From positions 6,057 to 70,056 of the forward strand of contig JAFQLL010000017.1 of NCBI GenBank assembly GCA_017414645.1: 64,000 nucleotides of DNA, in the 5' to 3' direction. Positions 31,892 through 41,964 of this stretch are shown one piece after another (position 1 is the first letter of the stretch; every line of letters begins with the position of its first letter). The notes beneath the pieces were generated by a model that searched no databases, had not been told where the DNA came from, and was given only the letters and a program-made list of their open reading frames with translations. The translations under genes and the position numbers were made by a program. Source of the DNA: Clostridia bacterium. GTDB lineage: Bacteria; Bacillota; Clostridia; UMGS1883.

Positions 31892-34800
31892 TTAGTAGTT
31901 AGAATTGCCAAAGATTTTAACAAGACTTTCGTGCAGAGCTACGGGTATAATTTCTGTTATTGAGGGATATTCCCACATTTTTTGAACTTCTCCCCAAAAC
32001 CCTTCGTATTTTGAGAAATCTCCGTCGTATAGAATTTCCATTGATTTCGTTGCACATGAGCTACCAACTGCAAGATAGATTTCATCATCCCAGTCGAATT
32101 TGCCGTTGTTTTTTTCTACATCGTTTTGAGCATGTTCGATAGATTCTGTAAAGTCACCTTCAATATAGACACTTTTATCATAATTATTAAACGAATTTTC
32201 ATCATGTACACCAGAGGCAACCAGCCATTTATTAAGATCATCAATATTATCAAGAGGATATATTACGGTTCCATCGCTCATAGTATATGAATCTGGTACT
32301 TCTACTAAAATCACAGTTGCAGTCCAAATCGGCATTCCGCTTTGACTTGGACCAAAATAGTAATAACTCCATTTTCCAGTGCTCTCATCTTCTAACAAAA
32401 GAGATGTGTGCCCCAGCCCACCAACTGCAGTAGATGCAGTTATTACTCGTGCATCTAACCCACTCGGGTCAACAAACGCAATGGGGTTATTACTACAATA
32501 CACATACCAGTTCGTTCCGTCCTTGATGGGGTCAACGGAAATGAAGCGACCTATTGAGGGGTCATAATAACGTGCACGAAGGTAAATGTCGCCTGTTTCG
32601 TTGTCGAGATATTCACCTGCATAGCGGAACGGGTTTGTATCGGTTGACCTTTCTCCCTGCCATATTTCACCAAAGGGAGAATAGTAATAATTCTGCACAA
32701 TGGGATATTTAACACTGGCGGTGTTTAAGTCCATAAAGTCAAACTCACCATCGCAGTTCAAATCCATCTCGGGGAATGGTGCAGCAGAGCCGTAGAAGGG
32801 TGAAAGATACAAATCAACACTGTCGATTGCCATGGTGTGAACAACGTTGCCTCTGCCGTCATAGGCGTAAAATTCGTGATAGCCGTTGACGGGAACAACA
32901 GTTTCAACATAATCGTCGAGGGTTTCGTCATAATAAGAGTCAATAAATGCATTGTAGGTGTATGCATCGCCCTTTACAGTACGGGAAACACGGTTAACAC
33001 CGTAGAAATAGTCTGTTGACTTGTCAGGTGTTTCCTCGCGGACAATGTTGTCGCCAGCCCAGATGAAGGAAGTGGTTACACCGTTTGCTGTTTTGCTTGT
33101 TCTTAAAGAAGAAGCATTGTAGGTGTAGGTATATGTTCCGCTTTGGGTTGTAACGGATGCAACCTCGTTACGTGGTGTGTAGGTATACTGATAAGTAACC
33201 GAGTCGTTAAGCTTGGCAATGGTGTTGCCGTTTGCATCGTAGCGGTACTCGGTAACGTTGCCTGCTGTGTTTTCGCTTGTTAAGCGGTGATTTGTGTAGG
33301 TATAAATAGTTGCTGTGGAAACGTTTTCGGCATCTGTTACGGTCTGGCTTGTGCGGTCACCACGATTGTTGTAGTTGTAGCCCCATGTGCGGACACGCGC
33401 GCCGTTGTTGGTTGTGTTTGCAATTGTAAGGCGGTTGGCAGCATCGTAGCCATAGATGGTGTCGTAGGTGGTGCTGCCGCGTGTGTCGGACACGGTTTTC
33501 ACATTGCCGTCGGGGTAGTAGGAATACACAAAGGATGAAAACTCGCGTATATCATTGTAGCCTTCTTCGTATGTGGGGTCATTGACAAGGCGACGGCTAT
33601 GGGTAGTGGATTTCATTAAATTACCGGGAGTGTATTCATACTCGGTAATAAGTCCGCTCTTTTCCTCGGTTGTGGGGAAGCCGTTTTCGTTATACTCATA
33701 CACTACAGTGTCAACACCATCGGAGGCAGAGGTCATATTGCCAAGGATGTTATACTCGTATGTATTGGTTTGCAGTGTGGTAGTGCCCTTTTTAAGGAGC
33801 ATGGTTTCAACCTGCCCTGCAGTATTATATGTACGGAGTATGGAATTATCCCCTGTAACCTCTGATATGTTACGACCAAAGTTGTCGTATGCATAGGTTG
33901 TGGCAACATTGTTACGGCTTGCCAATGTAATGTAATTGAAGGAATTGTATTCATATTCAATCACGTCGCCTGCTACAACAGATTCTAAAAGATTGCTTCT
34001 TGAATCGTAGGTGTTATACGTAACCTGGCCCTTGGGGTCGGTTGTTGTAAGTGTGTTGCCTGCAAGGTCGTAGGTGTAGGAGGTTGTGCCGTTAAAGGTT
34101 GTTTCGGATATAAGGTTGCCGAAGTTGTCGTATGCAAAATCAGTAACATTATAGGTTGAATTAAGGGGCGTAAGCTCAGAAATGTCAGTTGTTGAGCTCT
34201 CTAAGCCTGACACCGTTTTTACGAGCTGATTGCCGTCGTATTGGTTAACTGTGTAGGTTGAACCGTTAAAGGACGATACAAGGCGGTTGCGGTTGTCATA
34301 AGAATAAGTGTATGCAACATCGCCTGCTGCCGCTGAAACAACTGTTTTGACAGTATTGCCGTTAGCGTTGTAATAATAGCTTGAAAGGCCTGTTACATCA
34401 GTATCAACAGGGGCTGACTTGGTGAGCATACGACCGATGGAGTCATAAGTATAGGTTGTGGTGTTACCCATGTAGTCTGTTGTTGAAAGCTGTCTGCCTA
34501 ATACGTCGTAAGTGTTGGTAATGTAATTTTCATCGGCATTATATGCCTTAATTACCTGGTTATTATAATTATACTCGTATTTCTGCGAATAGTCAACATC
34601 ATAATCTGCATAGGCAGCTTCGTCCTTGTATTCAAGCACGTTGCCAAGGGCATCGTAGGTATAGGTAGCAATATACTCATTATCTCCGTCGGTTGTGATT
34701 TGCTTGCACAATCTTCCTTGGCGGTCGAGGTATTGCTTCACCGTGGGAGGAGTGATGCCGTCCTTTGGTGTTGATTCTACGGTGACAGAAGTGAATTGAT

Positions 34801-37465
34801 AATAAGAGCCACTATTGTAGTTGTCGTGTGCCCATGAAGGACTTGATGTGTTAAGGGTTGTGAGTCTGTCGACTGTATTGTAAGTGTAGGTTTGCTTTGA
34901 CAATTCTGTTCCGTTTTCGTCGAAAGCTGCGACCTCGGAAACATTGTCAAGGGCACCATAGGTGTAATGGGTTTCAATCCATTTTGTGGGTAATTTGCGA
35001 GTGTTATAACCGGTGTATTGTACCATTACAGAAGGACGGCAAAGTGCATCGTATTCGTATTCAGCTACAACAATCCAACGAGGATTTGTTGTGGTGGCTA
35101 CGTTTTTGTATGTTGCAAGCACGTTGCCGAATGCATCGTAAAGTGTTTTCTTCATTATGCCGTTTTCATCTGTCACAATGGTTGTACGATTCAATGTGTC
35201 ATAGGCATAAGTGACGGTTGTATCGTCGGGATTAATTACTTTTATAAGGCGACCTAAAAGGTCGTATTCGTAAGCTGTTTCGTTGCCGTTTCCGTCTGTT
35301 GATGAAATGAGCCTGCCGTAACGGTCGATTGTAGTTGATGTAGTAATATTGGCGACGGAATTGTTTTCAGCATCTTTTATGTTGTTTGCAATGGCAGTTG
35401 TTGTTATACTGCCGTTTGCAGAGTAAGTATAGGTATAGGTTGTAACCTGATTAATGCCGTCGGGGTCAACAGTACTGCTTGAAAGTGTTCCGTCGGGATT
35501 GTAGGTGTATTCAACAGTATACTTGTCGGTATAATTGTCGCCACCATCTGTTGATTCGGACACGGTCATTGAATCAATTGTTCTGCCGGTATAAAAATCA
35601 TCGCCTTCTTCTGAAAGAGTATATGTAGTTTTTACAAAAACATCTTCGGTTTGGTTGTAAATTTCGCTTTCCACAAAACTGCTGTCATCAAAATACGATA
35701 TGGTTTTTTCGTAGTCGTCGTGTGCAATACGGCTGGGGCGGTTAAGAGAATACCTTGTGTATATATTTCTTCCTCCGTCAATGCGTGAACCGTTATCGAA
35801 AAACTGTTCTGTGCGAATACGCTTTCGGTTTAAATAATGATATTCTTCACTATACTCTTCGTCTTCGAAGGCTATTGTCATATCAGATACGCGATATTCT
35901 CCGTTGTAGGTATATGTTTGTCCGTCGGCGGTTCTTGTTGCAATTGAATAGTTTCCGGGGGAGTACGTGTAGGTGAAATGATTGAATGTATCGTTGTTGT
36001 CAAGGTCATACCGCTCTGAAACGGAATATGTTTCCTTCTTTGTGGAGTTTTTTATGTTGCGAGACCTCGAATAATTGTAGGTAGATACTAATCCGTTGGG
36101 ATGAGTAACTTGTTTAACAATTTCGCACTCAATAGGAACGTGGTGAGTGTAATCTCCCATGGTGTACCATGCCTGATGATATTTTGAATATTTAAAGCTT
36201 TTTGTATATTCGGTCGTTGCGTTTTCATATCTGATGATACTGCTTGTGCAATCGTCGTCAAAGGCAAATACGTTTGTTGTGTCTTCAACACTGTTTGTAC
36301 GGGTATTTTTAAATTTAGCGTGTAAAGTGGGAGTTGCGGTTGAGTTTTCTGCCACGTATATTGACACATCGTTGTTGCTGTATGTGAATGTTATTTTACG
36401 TCCCAAGGTGTCGGTAATGTCTAAAATGCGACCCTTTAAACCACTCATTTCTTCAAAGGTGTATTTTATCATATTGCCGAAACGGTCCTCTGCTGCGCAT
36501 AAAAAGCCTTCCTGTGTAAAAAACATGGTGCGACCTGAGCTGTCAGTGATCGAGCAACGGTATGTTATGCCTCTTTGCTCGTCAACAATATCTTCGCCTG
36601 TATAATAGCCTGTGTATTCACCGGGGCAGTCTGCAAAAGTTACAGACAAATTAGATATTGCATCATTTGACTTCTTTTTACGGTACTTTATTGTAAGCTC
36701 ACAATATTCTCCGTCCAAGTCTACAAAAGCACATGTTTGCTTATAATAATTGTAGGTGCTGTCATAATCATAGCGCGTGGGATAGATTACATCCGTTATA
36801 ACAGGAAGATTCCACTTCCATATGTCGGAGAAGTTAAGCCTTTCCGTGTTGGAATCCATTTGTGTTAATATGGTATTTTCTTCCCAGCCAATAACAACCG
36901 GAGCCATGTCTGTATCTCTGGTCAAAAGAATATTGTTTTCAATTGTGTTCAAGTTGGAAAGCCAATGAAATTCTATATCGAAATCATCGGTGATTGCTGC
37001 CGTGGGTATAGATTTTACATAAAATGAATTTAGCCCGACGGACGATAATTCTTCCTCGTAATATGGTGCAATTAATATGTATTTTGTAGTGTCATTGTCG
37101 TCATAGGAGTAGTAATAAGCATATTTAAAAAACTCGCCAAGATATCTTGTGCTGCCTGTGTATAAGCCAATGCCTATTTCGTTACTGTTATATGTAGCAG
37201 AAAGATTAACGTCAAATCCATTTTTGCCGGGCAAATGAAGAATGTTTTCCGAAAGCAAAAGCGAACCATCGGTAGGAGCAATGTATTCTTCAGGGAAATT
37301 TTCTTTGCTGTAAGGGCTGTTGTAGCCTACAGGGTCGCTGTTCTGTATGAGTTCAGCCACCTGCGCGGAGGATAATGCCGCTGATGTTGACTCTGCCGAA
37401 GCCGGAAGTGAAATTAAAAAAATAAGTAATACAATGAGGGCAATCAAATAAAGGCATTTTTTCAT
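31892..37465 (-). CDS. RHS/YD-repeat polymorphic toxin, 1857 aa
   Basis: Signal peptide; many YD repeats (YxYDxxGNxx). RHS core end YDPSIGRFISVDP...NPIAFVDPSGL, followed by a 187-aa tail. Confidence 0.93.
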   Translation of the reverse strand: MKKCLYLIALIVLLIFLISLPASAESTSAALSSAQVAELIQNSDPVGYNSPYSKENFPEEYIAPTDGSLLLSENILHLPGKNGFDVNLSATYNSNEIGIGLYTGSTRYLGEFFKYAYYYSYDDNDTTKYILIAPYYEEELSSVGLNSFYVKSIPTAAITDDFDIEFHWLSNLNTIENNILLTRDTDMAPVVIGWEENTILTQMDSNTERLNFSDIWKWNLPVITDVIYPTRYDYDSTYNYYKQTCAFVDLDGEYCELTIKYRKKKSNDAISNLSVTFADCPGEYTGYYTGEDIVDEQRGITYRCSITDSSGRTMFFTQEGFLCAAEDRFGNMIKYTFEEMSGLKGRILDITDTLGRKITFTYSNNDVSIYVAENSTATPTLHAKFKNTRTNSVEDTTNVFAFDDDCTSSIIRYENATTEYTKSFKYSKYHQAWYTMGDYTHHVPIECEIVKQVTHPNGLVSTYNYSRSRNIKNSTKKETYSVSERYDLDNNDTFNHFTYTYSPGNYSIATRTADGQTYTYNGEYRVSDMTIAFEDEEYSEEYHYLNRKRIRTEQFFDNGSRIDGGRNIYTRYSLNRPSRIAHDDYEKTISYFDDSSFVESEIYNQTEDVFVKTTYTLSEEGDDFYTGRTIDSMTVSESTDGGDNYTDKYTVEYTYNPDGTLSSSTVDPDGINQVTTYTYTYSANGSITTTAIANNIKDAENNSVANITTSTTIDRYGRLISSTDGNGNETAYEYDLLGRLIKVINPDDTTVTYAYDTLNRTTIVTDENGIMKKTLYDAFGNVLATYKNVATTTNPRWIVVAEYEYDALCRPSVMVQYTGYNTRKLPTKWIETHYTYGALDNVSEVAAFDENGTELSKQTYTYNTVDRLTTLNTSSPSWAHDNYNSGSYYQFTSVTVESTPKDGITPPTVKQYLDRQGRLCKQITTDGDNEYIATYTYDALGNVLEYKDEAAYADYDVDYSQKYEYNYNNQVIKAYNADENYITNTYDVLGRQLSTTDYMGNTTTYTYDSIGRMLTKSAPVDTDVTGLSSYYYNANGNTVKTVVSAAAGDVAYTYSYDNRNRLVSSFNGSTYTVNQYDGNQLVKTVSGLESSTTDISELTPLNSTYNVTDFAYDNFGNLISETTFNGTTSYTYDLAGNTLTTTDPKGQVTYNTYDSRSNLLESVVAGDVIEYEYNSFNYITLASRNNVATTYAYDNFGRNISEVTGDNSILRTYNTAGQVETMLLKKGTTTLQTNTYEYNILGNMTSASDGVDTVVYEYNENGFPTTEEKSGLITEYEYTPGNLMKSTTHSRRLVNDPTYEEGYNDIREFSSFVYSYYPDGNVKTVSDTRGSTTYDTIYGYDAANRLTIANTTNNGARVRTWGYNYNNRGDRTSQTVTDAENVSTATIYTYTNHRLTSENTAGNVTEYRYDANGNTIAKLNDSVTYQYTYTPRNEVASVTTQSGTYTYTYNASSLRTSKTANGVTTSFIWAGDNIVREETPDKSTDYFYGVNRVSRTVKGDAYTYNAFIDSYYDETLDDYVETVVPVNGYHEFYAYDGRGNVVHTMAIDSVDLYLSPFYGSAAPFPEMDLNCDGEFDFMDLNTASVKYPIVQNYYYSPFGEIWQGERSTDTNPFRYAGEYLDNETGDIYLRARYYDPSIGRFISVDPIKDGTNWYVYCSNNPIAFVDPSGLDARVITASTAVGGLGHTSLLLEDESTGKWSYYYFGPSQSGMPIWTATVILVEVPDSYTMSDGTVIYPLDNIDDLNKWLVASGVHDENSFNNYDKSVYIEGDFTESIEHAQNDVEKNNGKFDWDDEIYLAVGSSCATKSMEILYDGDFSKYEGFWGEVQKMWEYPSITEIIPVALHESLVKIFGNSNY

Positions 37466-38385
37466 TTTTTAAGCACCTCTTTTTCTGTAAGTGCATCGAT
37501 GGTTTTTGCTGTACAATCAGGTTGTTTAAGTGCATTAAAAATATCTAATTCACTATAACCGCTGTCAAGAAGTTCTGTTATTTTTTCTTCTGTAATGCCA
37601 TCCTTTTCAGCTTCTTTTACCATTGCGTTAAAGTTGGGGCTCTTTTTTCCCTTCCAATAGCCTTTTTCTTTAAGGATGGAATTTACTTTTTTTGCATTTT
37701 GTTCAAAATAAGTATTTGAATTATCTGTGAGAAGTATGGTATTAACTGCGGTAGCTTCTTTTACATTTGATTCAGCAGTCACTTCTTTTGAAATGGAAAT
37801 TTCTATTTTTTCAAGGTTTATGCCCGAAAGGCGTGCATCAAGAATTTCCTGTATTGTCATAACAGCTTTACGGCTCAAAAGATTTGCCTGCATTATGTCG
37901 TCAACTGACAAGCCTTTTTCTAAATAGGCAACCACATCGTCCTCGGTGAGAACACCACATTTGTTATTTGTGATTTTGTTAAATGCATTTTCAAATACAA
38001 CATCGCGGTTTGTTATTGGTTCTCCATTATAAACCATGTCGTAAATTTGCTTTACGATGGATATGGGCTCATTGGTTGTGAGATAAAACTGATATATGTC
38101 CATTGTTGTCTGTGGATCACAGCCTGATAATATCATTTGTTCGATAAAGGAAAAGGAATCCTCCGTGGGACAATATCGACCTAAAAAGAGGGCAGTTTTA
38201 TGGAAAGAGTGAAACGCCTCTTCGGTATCATAGCCCATGTAATTTGCCAAACGGTCAAAGGACGGGGCAAATTCATCTGCAGGTTTTACAATAGGCTCTA
38301 AAGTGAGTGAGCCGCTTGCCATTGCGACAGTTGCAATAGTAAGCAACGTTACCATAGCAATAACCACCATAAGTTTATTTTTCAT
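37462..38385 (-). CDS. Secreted helical-repeat protein, unknown function
   Basis: Start set at ATG 38385 behind AGGAGG; signal peptide. The stop overlaps the RHS start (ATGA). Confidence 0.65.
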   Translation of the reverse strand: MKNKLMVVIAMVTLLTIATVAMASGSLTLEPIVKPADEFAPSFDRLANYMGYDTEEAFHSFHKTALFLGRYCPTEDSFSFIEQMILSGCDPQTTMDIYQFYLTTNEPISIVKQIYDMVYNGEPITNRDVVFENAFNKITNNKCGVLTEDDVVAYLEKGLSVDDIMQANLLSRKAVMTIQEILDARLSGINLEKIEISISKEVTAESNVKEATAVNTILLTDNSNTYFEQNAKKVNSILKEKGYWKGKKSPNFNAMVKEAEKDGITEEKITELLDSGYSELDIFNALKQPDCTAKTIDALTEKEVLKK

Positions 38386-38486
38386 GTTTTTCCTCCTGTG
38401 TAACAATTTTTGTGTGCGAATATAGCTTTCGGTGTAGCATTTATTAAAATGGTTTTTCCCGAAAGCTATATTCCGCCATTGTGGAA

Positions 38487-38921
38487 TTACTTGTATTCCA
38501 CAATGTTGCTTGTGTCGTAAAAGGCTTCAACTTGATTTCCATCGGCATCGTAAGCGATGTATACGTTCATCAAGCGGTAGTCGTAACCCTTTTCAACCTG
38601 GTAAGTTTCGTCGAATGTTACATTGGTTGAGTCTGTGCCGTTCCAGGACTGTACGGTTCTCCACATGGAGCCCTTTTGTTGCAGTTGCATTACAAGGCGC
38701 ACGGTGTAGCCTGCTCTGACGCTTACAGAACCATAACAGCTTGCTATGCCTGATGAACTGATGTCGAACGAATAACTTGTTCTCGTAATTGCAACGTTAT
38801 AAGGCGTAGCTTCTGATGACTGGTAATCAAATTGTTCAGTTGCCATTGCAGAGATACATGAAGAACATGAAATCATACATAATGTAGCTATAAGTGCAAT
38901 TACCCTTTTAATTTTTAACAT
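38487..38921 (-). CDS. Small secreted beta-rich protein, unknown function
   Basis: Start set at ATG 38921 behind AAGGAGG; signal peptide ending SAMA. Confidence 0.6.
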   Translation of the reverse strand: MLKIKRVIALIATLCMISCSSCISAMATEQFDYQSSEATPYNVAITRTSYSFDISSSGIASCYGSVSVRAGYTVRLVMQLQQKGSMWRTVQSWNGTDSTNVTFDETYQVEKGYDYRLMNVYIAYDADGNQVEAFYDTSNIVEYK

Positions 38922-38989
38922 AAAAACACCTCCTTTCAATCGTGTCTGTATATATAACGATTGAAAGGAGGTGAAGTGGACAAGATTTT

Positions 38990-39673
38990 TCAATTTTTTT
39001 TCAAATTTTTTGAAATTTTTTCAATTTCTTCCTTTGTAAGGTTGCCGCAAACGTGATAAGAATATTCGTTGTCGTTCCATATTATCTGGTTGAGGTCATC
39101 CTTAAATATGCCTACAGCGTCGTAGCCCTGAATAGTGAGCTGTTCAATCGAGGCATTTTCAGTGTCGGTATTAAACTGCAAATCTAAATCACTTATCGTT
39201 ATTTGTAAGAACAAATCTTCCTTAAAAAAATTAAGAAAAAATTCTTTACTTGAGACAACCTTCTTTTGAAGCTCAAAGCCTTGGGGAAGGTAGGATAGGG
39301 TTACATCTTCATCGGTGTAGCTTCCATGGGCAGAGTCTGTAAAAAGCACATCACTGTTGGGGGCATTTTCGTTGTAAATAAGCTTTATAAATTTTGTGCG
39401 CCAGGCTTTTACGCTGCATATTGAAACGCTTGCCAGCATAAGTGCAACAAGGCACACACATGCCGCGCGCTTGGCATAGGTTATGAAATTGCTTTTTAAA
39501 CGGGCTTTGTTTGCTTCTTTAAAAAGCTGTTGCATTTTTTCTTCATGCTCTTTGGAAAAGCTTGCTTCGGACGCACCTGATTGGCAATCGCAGTCTTTTT
39601 CGGCAATGGCGGTAAGTGCTTCGTCAATAATTAAATCAAGGGCATTTTCAAAAGCGTTATTCTTATCCATCAC
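38990..39673 (-). CDS. Anti-sigma factor-like membrane protein (DUF4367-type extracytoplasmic domain)
   Basis: Cytoplasmic N-terminus, one TM helix, extracellular domain. 4-nt overlap with the ECF sigma gene. Confidence 0.7.
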   Translation of the reverse strand: MMDKNNAFENALDLIIDEALTAIAEKDCDCQSGASEASFSKEHEEKMQQLFKEANKARLKSNFITYAKRAACVCLVALMLASVSICSVKAWRTKFIKLIYNENAPNSDVLFTDSAHGSYTDEDVTLSYLPQGFELQKKVVSSKEFFLNFFKEDLFLQITISDLDLQFNTDTENASIEQLTIQGYDAVGIFKDDLNQIIWNDNEYSYHVCGNLTKEEIEKISKNLKKN

Positions 39674-40203
39674 TGTACATCCTCCTTTGCAAGCTGTTTT
39701 TTTATTTCGATTTTTGCACGTTGCAAGCGTTTGGTCACAGCTTCTGCGGATATGCCGAAAAAGCTTGCAATGTCGGCTCTGCTCATGTCATACACCCGGC
39801 TTAAAATAAGAGTGTCGCGGTATATGGGGTTCATGTTGTTTACTATATCCATTATCCTGCGGACACTTTCGCTGTCTATGGTTATGTCCTCGGGGGTGGA
39901 GTCTGCTACAAACTCAACCTCTGACATGGTTAAAACTTCGCGTTTTCTTTTGTTGTAAATATCTATTGCAATGTTGCGGCAAACAATAACAAGAAAATTG
40001 CGAATGTGAGAGCTGTTTTCTGTTTTTATCTTGTCAAGGTTTTTTATTATGCGCACAAAAGCCTCGCTCACAGCATCCTCAGCGAGCGATTGGTCGTTCA
40101 ATATTGCATAAGCTTCGTCGTACATGAAATTGCGGTACGTGTAGTACAGCTTTTCTACCTTTGTTTGTTTTTTCAAGGGCATCTTCTCCTTATTAACCGG
40201 CAA
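39670..40203 (-). CDS. ECF-type sigma-70 family sigma factor
   Basis: Region 2 (AEDAVSEAFVRII...FLVIVCRNIAIDIY) and region 4 (ADIASFFGISAEAVTKRLQRAK). Confidence 0.88.
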   Translation of the reverse strand: MPVNKEKMPLKKQTKVEKLYYTYRNFMYDEAYAILNDQSLAEDAVSEAFVRIIKNLDKIKTENSSHIRNFLVIVCRNIAIDIYNKRKREVLTMSEVEFVADSTPEDITIDSESVRRIMDIVNNMNPIYRDTLILSRVYDMSRADIASFFGISAEAVTKRLQRAKIEIKKQLAKEDVQ

Positions 40204-40220
40204 AGTGTAAATTCAGTAAA

Positions 40221-40249
40221 ATTTTATCATATACACAAATGGTTGTCAA
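40221..40249 (-). promoter_or_regulatory. SigA-type promoter of the ECF/RHS operon (TTGACA-17-TAAAAT)
   Basis: -35 at 40249-40244, -10 at 40226-40221 on the minus strand. Confidence 0.55.
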
Positions 40250-40297
40250 CTAAGCCAAAAGGGGAGAGCGTAGCGAAAAAAAGAGTAACCGTAAAAT

Positions 40298-40329
40298 AAA
40301 AACAAACCACTTCACGGGGAAGTGGTTTG
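40298..40329 (-). terminator. ilvC terminator
   Basis: Minus strand: CAAACCACTTCCCCGTGAAGTGGTTTGTTTTT. Confidence 0.8.
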
Positions 40330-40395
40330 CACTTTAGAAAAAACTTTGTTATATTTTTCCTTTATGCGGTGTGCGCGTTTTGCGCCCGCCATTTT

Positions 40396-41445
<1,050 letters not shown>

Positions 41446-41458
41446 TTAAAATCAATTT

Positions 41459-41962
41459 TTAGTCTCTGTTTTTGAGACATTCTTTACCTCGACCGATAGC
41501 GGTGAGGCCCGTTCTTGTGAGCTCTAAAATTTCGTACTGGCTTAAAAAGTCAACAAATGCGTTAATTTTAGAGGGCTCGCCTGTGAGCTGAACTGTGATA
41601 GCTTCAACACCTAAGTCAATTATCTTACCGCGGAAAATATCAACCGAAGTCATAATATTTGCGATAGAGTCACGAGGCACTGCAATTTTAACCATCATCA
41701 TTTCACGGAATACGGAATTGCTCTTTTCCATAACCTGAATTTTTTTAACGTCGTGAAGCTTAGAAAACTGCTTTACAATCTGTTCCTTTGTTGCTTCGTC
41801 GCAGGTGGAGCAAACTGTAACGCGGGAATAGCGGGGGTCTTCTGTTACACCAACTGTTAATGAGTCGATGTTGAAGCCACGGCGCGCAAAGAGGGAGGAC
41901 ACACGTGTAAGTACACCTGAATGGTTAGTTACCAATGCGCTTATTACGAAAGATTCTGCCAT
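41459..41962 (-). CDS. ilvN: Acetolactate synthase small (regulatory) subunit
   Basis: ACT-domain N-terminus (ALVTNHSGVLTRVSSLFARRGFNIDSLTVG). Confidence 0.93.
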   Translation of the reverse strand: MAESFVISALVTNHSGVLTRVSSLFARRGFNIDSLTVGVTEDPRYSRVTVCSTCDEATKEQIVKQFSKLHDVKKIQVMEKSNSVFREMMMVKIAVPRDSIANIMTSVDIFRGKIIDLGVEAITVQLTGEPSKINAFVDFLSQYEILELTRTGLTAIGRGKECLKNRD

Positions 41963-41964
41963 AA

